DNA of 61,552 bases, counting the filler, from Circinaria calcarea (Eukaryota), in assembly GCA_051942165.1 (NCBI GenBank). It is 4 parts of 4 records of this genome, joined end to end, with 100 filler letters (N's around TTAATTAATTAA, not from the genome) between each part and the next. Parts side by side here need not be neighbours in the genome. Positions count along the whole stretch, not along the records: positions 46,270 to 61,552 come from JAVECS010000374.1; 3 more parts are not named here. One strand, given 5' to 3'. The stretch's first letter is position 1. The number at the start of each line of letters is the position of its first letter. The notes under the pieces are model-generated. The model did not search any database and was not told the origin of the DNA. It saw nothing but the letters and a program-made list of their open reading frames with translations. Below, one piece after another: positions 47,894 through 58,840 of the stretch. The position numbers and the translations under genes are program-made.

Positions 47894-50588
47894 TCAGAAC
47901 GGTTCATTATCCAGAAAATCTTCAAATATGTCTTCCCCATCGCTTTCAACCTCCTCGAGCCTCGGTTTGGCTTTCTCCACATGCTCCCAACTGTCCTCGT
48001 CCTGGCTGCCTTTATCGTCCTCATTAGCTCCAGTCCGATCTCGAAAGTTGGCTATACATCCTTTCGCATTGCTGCAGTCAACCTTTCCCTCGTGATTCCG
48101 ATTCACGAAGTTGACGGGCTTTTCTTGTTCAATTTTAATGCTGCCTTCTCTGTACATTTTCTGAGCGTCGGGTGTCTTTAGATTCGAGAAAAAGACGCCT
48201 TCGGGTCTCTTCTGCGTCAATATACCCGTTCTGATGTTGAGAAATTCTGGAGGCTCCTCCTTTGGTGTGATTCTCCTCCTCCATTGAGCTGGCAATGGGG
48301 CGATGGGCTTCATCCCTCCTTTAATTAGATTCTGAAGCTCTAGCCACCAGGGCTCCCACATATCCGTCTCCCAGAAAGTTTGATGGTATTCGTAATACAT
48401 CATAGGTGGTATAGCTAACTTGGCAGGTAACACTGGATCAAAGCTACACTCGAATACTTTTAGCAGGCTCTCCTCACGCCAACCTTCATCCCACAGATAT
48501 TGTGACTGCTTTAGTTCCTCCTTAATAAAAGCGTTAAGATTCTGATGACCACACACTGCCTGTCTCCAAGCGTTAAATGCATGTGAAGTGGTAAGAGCTA
48601 TCGCCGTTGGCGTCTTTCCCTTACTATCTGATACATGTGCATCTGCCCCTTTCTCGAGGAGAAGACCAAGAAGGGAAGAGCCACAGCGTTGAGATGGATC
48701 TTCACAGATGTTTCTGACCGCAAAGTGTAGAGCTGTATATCCAGATTCGTCATCATCGACATCGGTATCCTTCTGAGCTTGTATGTCGACACCTCGATTG
48801 ATTAATATTTTAAGCAATTCTGATCCATAGTCTCCGGACCCGTATACAAGAGTCATAATAGCGGTACGACCGAAATTCGGCTTTTTAAAATCGATATCCA
48901 TGTCTTCTTGGTTGAGGAGCCATGCTATGCCTAGGCACTCTTGATTACTCCAACCCACTTCAGCTAATATGTTCGCTCCCTGTGCATCTACAGCTGATAG
49001 GTCTGCTCCCCCGTGTTCGACTAAAGCGCGGAAAGTTGCCAACACACTTTCCTCCGGCTTTTTGGAACCAAATCTAGATGCATAGTGTATAGGTGTCCTA
49101 ATATTCACAATTTTAGATTTGCTTCTTCGTAAAAGGAAGGTAAGAGTACACAGAGACACGTACTGCCCATAATCGTCTGCGGCATCTACATTAGCCCCGA
49201 CCTGAATTAATAGTTCACAAATGGAGAAGTCACTTAAGCCTGCTGCGAACTAGAATATATTAACTTTCTGTAAGACAAGTATACTTAGGCTTACTTACGT
49301 GTATAGGGGTTCTCCCATCAGGGGTGGTATCCCACGGTGAAGCATACCCATGTTCCAGAAGGTCTCTGAGGCCGAGCAAGTTCCCATTTTGGCAATACTC
49401 GAAAATCAAGGACTCCGGAGGTATCACAGGATAGTGTCTAATACTACAAGCGAAGCTTCCCATAAACTTAGAAAGCCGCAGGCTGAGGCAACGTGCGCTA
49501 AGCCAGCGCGAGGGTTGTAGCGTAATCTCTGTTTCAGCCTCGAATCGCTCATTATCATCTCGTGTCGAGGCTTGATGATTCACCCGAACCGTTCTAGTTC
49601 GCCATTTGATTATGCCAAGAAAGGTGGCATATTTCCCAGCGGCATGTTTCACAACATGTTTGCTTGTTTGGGAGGTCCTTAGGAAACCTTTGATCGTTAT
49701 CGGTGCTGCTCGCCCTGGGCCACTGGAATCGTTATAGTTTATTTGTTTAGATTCCGTGTCTAATTTGTACAGACGCAAATCATGCGTAGACTGCGATTTT
49801 TGGTTATTCATTCTGCTCTTTCCATCCAAGTCCTTCAAATGTTCTCTCATTTCTGGGCTTTGTACGGGGGTTGTAACTGTTGTGCTGAGCATTTCTTTCA
49901 TAACACTATTGATGAAACCAGATGCCAAGGGGTGTATTTGCATATGAATCTTTCGTAATGTTTGCTGCAATTCTCTCTGGGGGTTACAGAAACGATTCCG
50001 TACCTCAGCCTCTAAAGACTCTAGCGATTCGATTGTATTAACCAATCTTGAATTCTGGGATTCTAAGCACAGAATGGTTGTTTCGAGTGACTGATGATTT
50101 TGATTCAGGGTTTGCCTATACAAAAATTTAGCAATACTATTTATATATCCCCAGTAAATTGAAGCAACCTACGCTGCAATAACCTGGCTAATAAGAATCA
50201 AATCTAACTTAGTATCCCCCAAGGATCTTTGGAATTCTTCGAGGTTGCGTTTATTAAGGGTCGCTCTGAACGATGCCCATTTCCGTACAATTAGTCTTTC
50301 TGACCCGAATTTTGGCGCAAACTTGTGCATAAGGTGTTCCAGCTTCTTAACCTTATCTTTGCTTCTCTCTAGCAGCTTCTGTAGTATAGTATTGTCTGTA
50401 CGCTGTGTATGAACGCCTTGCTCGAGAATATGGTGGAAGATGTCAAGATCTTCAGCGATTTTCTTGATATTTGCTGGTGCATCCTGGAAAGAAACCCAAA
50501 AATCGAGTAATCCCTGAACTTTTTCTGCCAACTCAACAAACAAAGAGACGACACTAATAACGCTGGAAGCAATGGCGACAGCTTCCAT
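47894..50588 (-). CDS. HeLo-like N-terminal domain + ankyrin-repeat protein (840 aa) with a degenerate WW-like motif
   Basis: Exons 50588-50173, 50115-49299, 49249-49164 and 49097-47894 splice in frame. N-terminus MEAVAIASSVISVVSL..F.DAP..I..L; ANK motifs GRTPIH, GQTPIHYA, GYTALHFAV, GKTPTAIA. Confidence 0.85.
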
Positions 50589-52099
50589 CGAGAGTAAATG
50601 GTGAAAGGGTTAAGTGGCAAGAGTTTGGCATGAATCATATGGATTATATACTGCGATCGAATAGGGAAGGTGCATTGCAGTGGGCTGTGCGCGAGAATTA
50701 GCTCCTGATTAGCCTTAGATACTCCCTTGCCTATGCTTATGGGTCAGCGTTTATGTACTCAACTGGCAGATTTGTGCGCATTTCCACTCCTTGGGATTGC
50801 TGATAGATATTTGTTGTACCTGCACGGAGCCTTCAAGGACCCGGCATTACCAATTCAACGAGTCTGAAGCTACACTGCATCTCCGACCTTTTGTCAAAAA
50901 CCCGAGGTCCCGAAACAAAGATGTTTAATACGCCCCGCAAGACTCGGCGCACCGCTACTCCTCCGACGGCGGATCTCGTTCCCTTGCGGAGATTACTCCA
51001 GAAGGCATCTAGGCAACCATTCGCCCGATGTTTGCCAAACATCAATCGAGGATAACTAAAATCAACGCCAGCCAACGGCCTAGCAGCTTGGGGACAAGGC
51101 ACTCGATTAAACGCCTCTATCATATCATTGTTTTCCGGCTTTGGTGGCCATTAAATCGTGTGTTTCTGACTTGGGGAGCGCATGTACCGAGATGTGTTAT
51201 ATTGACCTTGGCAGTACAATTGCCACCGGTTGCGGTTGCGCAACCGGTATTGATCCATAGCATTATAGGAGTAAGTGCACACAAGGACCGTCCATCTAAA
51301 ACTACATAAACATTATACATTGTGGATGAGACCAATGCCCCTTCTTATGTACAACCGTAGGCAAAATGTAAGGCCACTATTGGTTGAAGGCCCATAGTCG
51401 TTTACTACAAGAGTACGCGTTGCGGGGCATATCACGCATTTCTCATTGTCTATATTGGTCCACAGCCGCCAAGCTGGTATTCTCGGAATGTTGATGTTTC
51501 GCAGGTTCAAGTCTGAGCGATAACCTTGCTAGTCTGTATAGATGAAAGACTACGCCATTGCTTTAGACTACAATTCTTACCGTGAACATGACTGCGATCA
51601 GCAAGCTGGTCTCTCTTACGCTGTCAAGATGAATCGGGTGTTGAAGGGGGGTCAAGCACCTACATTATACAAGGTACAGGCCTTGACCATGCATCATACC
51701 GAACGGTCAACAAACAAGCTAACACCTCCCAGAAGTCGCGACCAAACACAGTCGCACCTATCGTAGAATCCCCGCAACGCCATGAGATTTAGTGCGGAGC
51801 AGCTGGAAACGGTGTGGCCGATAACAAGCATTTTGAACCCGTTCCACACTTGTGCGGAAATTACCTCTTTAATCCCACTCCGTATTCGCTTCTTAGACTG
51901 GTGTAACCCTAATCTACCCATAATAAATGTCCTAAATCTTGATGATCGCGCCACATGAGCACATTACAAGCAGGCATTATAAAGCGTTGTGTTGTTCGGC
52001 TGAATAGCCTAATCAGCATAGATATAGGGCAAGTCTGGATTTTTTTCTACGCAACCTTGGCCCGGAGATGAACGGATCGTATGAGAGAAATCAAGTTTA

Positions 52100-52149
52100 A
52101 GCGGGAGATTTAGCGGAAGATTTAGCGGGAGATTTAGAGGAAGATTTAG
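52100..52149. repeat. 12-bp minisatellite, about 4 copies
   Basis: AGCGGGAGATTT AGCGGAAGATTT AGCGGGAGATTT AGAGGAAGATTT AG. Confidence 0.9.
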
Positions 52150-52784
52150 TACGCCATACATCGTGCATTATGCATCATGCATCTTGCCAATTTGCGAACT
52201 GCTTTAGAGTTGATGGTGATGACACACGTAGCTGTTGGGGGTAGGTATCTGGCTTGCCTGAAGAGAATCTTCGTCAATTGAGGAACAGCGGCGAGTCTAG
52301 AACTTGGGGTGAAAAGACTTGTCGTCCTGCATCAACTTGCTATTTGATTTCTTACCTCGGCTCCGTCCAAGTCTTCCAGGTGAGAATTACAACGAGATAC
52401 ATTTCCTATCTTTGTTGGCAAGATGGGCGTAGACTTATGGCAGATATATTTTGAACAAAACGTATTTATCTGCACGACTGCATGAATAGGTAGGTAGAGG
52501 TATGAAATGATAATCTCAGCAATTCCACCCGTACTATGACTAAGGTTTTTCAAGCGTCTAGCACTCTGAAAAGCTTCAATCTGGAGGCTTCGACTCGCTG
52601 GCCCGCACTGAGTTTGCCTAGATTAAAAGTAGAGCCTAGCAAGATTCCAGTAGGCTTGGAGTAGCGAAACGAAGAGATTGTAGCAAAACACCGTCTTCAC
52701 TAACTAGGAGCATGTTGAGACTACTCCTAAACAGCTATTTCATGTCCGACGAGCCTCAGTGTCCGGAAGGTAGGTCGTGCAATG

Positions 52785-53140
52785 TTAAAATTTGTTCTGG
52801 GAAACGCGTTTAGGCATTCCATGATCACGGTGCTGATGCGCCTGGCGAAGGTCACTACTCGGAAACCGCAGTTCGCAATATCGACATTCCCAGAAGTACT
52901 GGTCAGGGAAGTGTCTCCAAAAATGTCTTCTTAGGTTCGACGTGTTGCTATATGACTTATTACAATGCCGACAAGTTTGATCGATAGAGGCATCAGCGGA
53001 CGTAGGCGAGGATTCGAAGACGGGACAGTTGAGGGTGGAGGAAGTACTCGAGGACGAAGTGGAAACCGCCGTCCAGGAGGATCCAGAGCTCCCTGTACTT
53101 TCACCGGAGGCAAAAGAAGATGAAGCCACAAGAGGCTCTA
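52785..53140 (-). CDS. Terminal exon of a C2H2 zinc-finger protein (upstream exons unresolved or degenerate)
   Basis: Two fingers, CRHCNKSYSNTSNLRRHFWRH and CRYCELRFPSSDLRQAHQHRDH. Possible CAG acceptor near 53141. Confidence 0.65.
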
Positions 53141-55946
53141 CCTGTTGATAATCGTTTGCTCTATTGAGCAGTTACTACCAATTTGCCGGACGAATATTGG
53201 TTGGCACCGGCTCACCTGTATGGCTCAAAGCTCGAATTATGTTCGAGACGGGGAGGGCGAAATGTCGGCTTATATTGTGCAGCATGATGGTAATCATTTG
53301 GCCCCCTAAAGATGATGTCAGTTACTGGATCAAACTTGATTTAGCATCGACTTACATGTTGACGGGAGAACCATAAGGTGTATAGTATTGATCTGGAGAA
53401 GCAGTTCAGACCAGTGATTGTAGCATGAGAGGAAAGAAACCAGGAGAGGTACAGGAAGCCTCTGCAGAAGTCTGATCCCGTGATCCTGCTATAAAGGGGG
53501 TTGCTTCTCTAGATGATAATCTTGAACTGACTGAAGCGTCTCCCGTTGCTAGTATCTCTAGTTGCTGGCAGAAGAAGCATGGTGGACTATGAAAGTCTCG
53601 ACACATAAGTGGTGGATCTCGGTCAGCGTTCCATTCCTTATTCATCAGTCGAAGAGGATGTTAGTTAGAAGTTACTGTGAGGGCCTTTTTCACATACTCG
53701 CAACCTGCCGATGGCGAAGTCATTCCTCCAAGTCTTTAGCGAAACGTACTTTGAAAAGGCTGATAGTTGATGGTGTCTATAAAAACAAGCTAGGAGTAAA
53801 GAGGCGCCAATGGCAGTGATAACGTACTCTGAGAAAGCCTCGATATTGGGAGGCACAGATGCCTTTGCTATATACGTTGATTTCCATGACGAAATTCACT
53901 CGACAAGACGGACACTAAATCTTGTAGGATTCAAGAGTGGGACCTGGGTATCGTTCAGCGCAGTCTGATGATTAGCTCTCGACTGGCCTCGAGCCAACAA
54001 TCGTGCAGATTTGAAACGCTGCATCTGCGGAACCGACGGTAACCAATGGAGTTATACAAGGTGGATGAGATTTACTCAGTTGTCCATGAGATTTGACGTC
54101 GGCGACGTGCAGGACGAGCTAGTGTTGAGATTTGAAGAGCTTCTAAAATTCTTTGCTTCTTGGGGACTGATTGTTGACGGAGCTGACGGTAGGATTTGCA
54201 TATTTCGACCCTGAAGAATTGTCCCTTTGGACCGCGTGATTGTAACCCCGGGTAAATTAGACTCTGATAGAGTAACAGATGCTACAACCTCCATACAACC
54301 CGTCAGTTATGGTTTGCCCTGAGCGCATGCAAGTAAAGGCACTAGCATGAGATTTAGGCCAAGCCACGGAGATTTGGGGCCAACTTACGGAGTCGCTACC
54401 ACATAAGTCCACCGAACATCCAGCATCAGATAATGAACTATGACTGCGGGAGCTGTCAAGCCGCATGACAGGCCCAGGGTTTATTGAGCTGATCGAGGAA
54501 ATATCCTCAAAGTGTGAAATCAAACTTTGGGATTTTTAAACTATGCTCGCTTCAGAAGATTAGCTACCATTAGACACAGGAATACGGAGGGTGCTTGCAG
54601 GATATTCGCATACTGAGGAGCCTCTTGTCAGACACAGTATTGCGTTCGTCATAGAAAAGTCCTTAATATAGAGCATGACCATCGAATTAAGAGCAAGTGA
54701 GCAGCGTGGCCATCACTTAAGTAAAGGATGGCGAACTGACGTAGCTCAATCCAAATGACTTGAGGGCACCAAGAGATCAAAGCAAGAAGGACGTGGGCAC
54801 CTGTGGTTTCTATACTCGAGAAACAGTGCCCACCTTGTATTGGAGCCGGCCTCGATCCTGTAGGATCTTTTTTCAAGAAGTAAGCCCTGCCAACCTCCTG
54901 ACAAAGGAAACAAAAATTCGGGTCGGGAAAGTGCTGTATATGGCTATGATAAGTTGCCTGTGATCAGAAGCACTATTCAACATATTTTAGAACTCAGCCT
55001 CGATCCTGTTCAATGCTGCTGCCTGGAAGGTGCCTTGTCGGCCTTCAAGTTGATCAACGCAAAGCAAAAAGCAGAGCCTCGTCCCTCACATTATAGGATT
55101 AGCCGATTGGACGGCTCTAAAAGGTAGGCCGTCCTTCTCCTATGCTTGCAAATCTATCTATCCAATCGGCAGACCCTACGGCCAGAAAAAGATAAGAAAC
55201 TTGAAATTGACCAATCGGTACGAAAAGGTTGCAACCATTGACTATTTGTAGGTGGACACTTCTCAACTCTCCAGCAGGTTACTATGAAGTCTTTACTGAC
55301 CGGTAGAAAGACTCAGGGGCTGAAAACTTCAAAGGACAAGGCAACCTTCACAATCCCCCGTGAGCTCCACGATTAATGTGATTGGGAAAGGTAAGGTACA
55401 TGGTGGCATCTCCTGCACGCGAAGACCTAATACGGAGTACGCAGCCGAGGGCCTCGACGGGTTTCAGCCGATTTTGAGCCGCAGTTAGTCGGCCCGAGGA
55501 ATCTCATCGGAGTCGGCTATTCTAATTCTACCGCCGGTACTCGGAAATTATGACCGGGCAGTGTTCCATCGGGTACCTATTGGAGTACCATCTTCCTGAA
55601 GTCAACGGGGAAGAAGGAAAGCACGCGGCGCTGTCAGAAACTCGATGCGACCTGATCAGATGCGATCCAAGTCCATTGGAGGTAGAATCTTTCATCTGTT
55701 TCTATGAACATCGCGTAGAATATGAAATCCCACTGTTGCAACACCGAAACATGCTAAGTACTCTTGACACAAACCCCCAGTTGCGCGACAATGGTATAAG
55801 TGATTCACGCAGTTTCTGTGCTTCCTCATAATTACTAGACTTCGATTAGTACCCATGTCGGAGTGTCGTGTATACAATCGTTGATGTTCTGGAAGATTTG
55901 TGGCAATACTTTCCTTTATATTTCGTCACGGTTACACAACATAGTC

Positions 55947-57170
55947 ATGACCGATCTACTGACACCTCCCAATTTACCTGTGCACCCCGACTTCCGGCTC
56001 TGCCATCCTTCCTATGGTGAGCAACTCCGGCGGTTTCATTGCTTCGATGCCGTAGACCAGCTTCCTTTGGCAAAGCATTGGAGAACCCCAGGCGAGCCGG
56101 TGGACTACCGGCTGAAGCAACCATCGAGTGATCCAACTGCCTTCAGTTTGCCACTCAGCATTATTTCCGGTGAGCACTCTTCGAGATCTTCTCGAGTATC
56201 TTCGGCTTTCGGATATCAAGGCCTAACTCCATCAGGCGAATGCGCTGTCTCCGTTGAATCAGCGGGGCCCAACATACCCTCGATCCTTCGGATAGTTCCC
56301 AGGAAGATTCGGGACACAGCTGCTGCAGTCCTTCACGACTGCGTACATGAGCAAGATGTTGGAGGCTTCGCGACGTACGGAATCCGCGACTTGGTGGACG
56401 CTGTCTATCCTCTCTCCCAAGTGCCCGCCGCCGCTCTATCTTCCTTATCCTTTCGTACTACCTTCGTCACCATCACAATCAGTTCCATAACTCGGAGATT
56501 AATGACCCCAGGGAACTTTGACCCTGGCGTGGCAGATGCTATCGCTGAAAAGTTTACAGGCCGATACGCTCAGGCACCGCTGAACAGCGGAAGCGAGTTA
56601 CTCTACGAAGCAAGTGCAAAAAACTGGATGAACAAGGCAGAGGCAATGATGCGTGGTGGTCAAACACCGTGGTGGCAACCGGCCTCGGAGGCTGACCAAA
56701 TGACCTACGAATGCGATGCTGGGTTAGGCAGTCCTCCGTCGATCGATTGCACCAAGATCGAATGGAGTCAGCTGGGTCCTGCTTCGGATACCGTGTCGGT
56801 TGGACCGGGACAAGTGACCTTTCTCCACTCGAATACCTGCTATCTGGCCATATCGGCAAGCGTAGCCCTCTTACTCACCTGGGAACAAATTCGCAGCGCC
56901 GTGAGTGCTTTGATAACTGTCTGTGTTCAACATCCCTTCAGTGCTCCGCAAGGAGGAAGGGCTTATTACGAGCATCAGGCCCGGCCTCGGCGGTCTAGGG
57001 GTCGAACGGGGAAGCGTGGCCTGACCGGGTTGAACGCCCTTCCACCCCACGCGAACATCACAATCTTCCAGCAAAAAGAGGCTTGGACGAATCCAGGAGA
57101 CGAATTGAATACCTGTACTTGGAAAGCCGTAGCCCAGAGGCTACCCGTAACGACATGTAAAAATCCATAG
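55947..57170 (+). CDS. Cys-containing two-domain protein, candidate effector (KP4/Ecp2-like pattern, inferred)
   Basis: Two units of C..G....C...LP/LG....C.(V/I)S...(I/W).....CV....GG; in-frame 66-nt intron 56170-56235; GKR dibasic site. No signal peptide from ATG 55947. Confidence 0.7.
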   Translation: MTDLLTPPNLPVHPDFRLCHPSYGEQLRRFHCFDAVDQLPLAKHWRTPGEPVDYRLKQPSSDPTAFSLPLSIISGEHSSRSSRVSSAFGYQGLTPSGECAVSVESAGPNIPSILRIVPRKIRDTAAAVLHDCVHEQDVGGFATYGIRDLVDAVYPLSQVPAAALSSLSFRTTFVTITISSITRRLMTPGNFDPGVADAIAEKFTGRYAQAPLNSGSELLYEASAKNWMNKAEAMMRGGQTPWWQPASEADQMTYECDAGLGSPPSIDCTKIEWSQLGPASDTVSVGPGQVTFLHSNTCYLAISASVALLLTWEQIRSAVSALITVCVQHPFSAPQGGRAYYEHQARPRRSRGRTGKRGLTGLNALPPHANITIFQQKEAWTNPGDELNTCTWKAVAQRLPVTTCKNP

Positions 57171-57289
57171 ACGAGAAACAGGGGAAGCAATATATCGCGA
57201 CCGAATCAGTCAGAATTTGTATCCCAAAACCCCCTTTTGGTATTCCGATTCCGGAAAGTCCCGCGCCTTAAAAAATCCCGAATTCATTA

Positions 57290-57425
57290 CTTCTCTTCTC
57301 CGTCCCTATCCCCTCTCCCTCCATCTCTCCTCTCCCTCTCTTTCTCTCCCTTTCCTCTTCCCCTTCCTTTCTCCTTCTCCCCTTGCTTTTCCTCCTCTCT
57401 TCTCCAAGCTTCATCCCATTCTTTG
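57290..57425. repeat. Polypyrimidine (C/T) low-complexity tract between the convergent 3' ends
   Basis: About 135 bp almost entirely C/T on the + strand. Confidence 0.8.
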
Positions 57426-57651
57426 ACTTCCCTAGTTCACCATGAACCAACAGCCTCTCGCCTCATCCGAGCAGGTCCCATCCCTTTTAGCGAAGCCAGT
57501 AAAAGCAACATTTAAGACTTATTGTTATAATCGCCTGGTTTTATGTTATTACAATTCAATTTCCGACCTTGATATCTGGAAAGCTTGTATGAAAGGCTAG
57601 GAACTCGTGTTAAATCCTAGACCATTTAAGAACATAACGTTATGGAATTAT

Positions 57652-58840
57652 CTAGCCACTACCAGGTTCCTCAATGTGTATATTACTGATCAAACCCTTT
57701 GCGATCGGGACCCACGTGAAATGTTCATTGTAAACGACAAAGCTCGCGGTTCCGAACAAATGCTCGTTCATGAACGCCCACACTTGAGTGAGAATGTATA
57801 GGATTTCGCCCCAATCGGCCTCATGGTCATTCATCATATTGATCACTAGTTTCAGGCCTTTTTCTCGCCACTCGAGGGAATGGGTGTGGGTTGACACATT
57901 GCCGTATTGTAGAAGTCGATCTTCCACCATGCCGACTGCTTGAGTGAGGAGAAACAAAACACCATTGCCGGAGATCAATCGTTTCAGATTGATGATAAGG
58001 GAGATCCCGGACTTCTCGATGTGCCAGTAGGCAGGATCTCGAGGAGTAGGAAGGAGTCCGTCTCGAGCGAGCACCGATCGTTCTCGCCTTCTCGAGGGAA
58101 GGGTCCGTCCGGGACCTATAGTGCCATACCCGATCTTGTGCCAGGCATCGTCAAGGATTTCAACCACGGCACCGCCAAAAGAGTTGAACTTCTGCATGAA
58201 GCCCCACACGGCCCCGATGATCGCCAGCATCTCGCTCCAGGTGGTACGGTGGCCGGCCTCATCCCAGAACTGGAGTCGGACATTGCCTGCTGCGTATTTG
58301 AAAGGGTTGTCGGCAATGGGCACGTTGCCATACTGTTGGAGGTGGTCTTGTAGTGCGCCCGCGGCTTCGGCCAGCAGGAATAAAACAGTGTTTCCGGGTA
58401 TACTGAAACCCACTCGTATCCTCAAGAAGAATGGGGTGTTTGTTACCTTCCAGGGATCCACCTCGGAGGCGCGGGGGGTGAATCTAGATGGTGTGAGGCC
58501 CTTGGAATCCTCCTTACCTGGATCGATTCCGTCGTCTTGGGGGCTACCTGAATGACGGTTTTCAAGATGGCCATGTGTACTGTGGGATGAACCAGTTAGT
58601 TTCCTGGCTCTACAGAGTCACATGGCCACACATGGGGATTTTCTCCACATACCCGCCATGCCCGGTGTAAGAAGTTCGGATGCCGTGCTCCTGCGGCAGA
58701 CCGACCATGGACTCTTTCGCAGCCTGTGGTATTTTTCGACTGTGAAGGGCATTGAATGCAGCGTCTGGGGAAGGGATGTTATATTTGAGCGTAGCGCAGT
58801 GGGCCAGGGCCGCGAAGCTCATCAATAAAAACCCTCGCAT
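57652..58840 (-). CDS. Secreted 371-aa protein with two ~115-aa tandem repeat domains and a polybasic linker
   Basis: Signal peptide MRGFLLMSFAALAHCA; intron 58580-58652 (GTATGT..CTAAC..CAG) joins in frame; repeated I(P/S)GN.VLFLL..A.G...D.L.QYGNV and W.E.L.I...VW.FM; linker SRRRERS. Confidence 0.82.
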
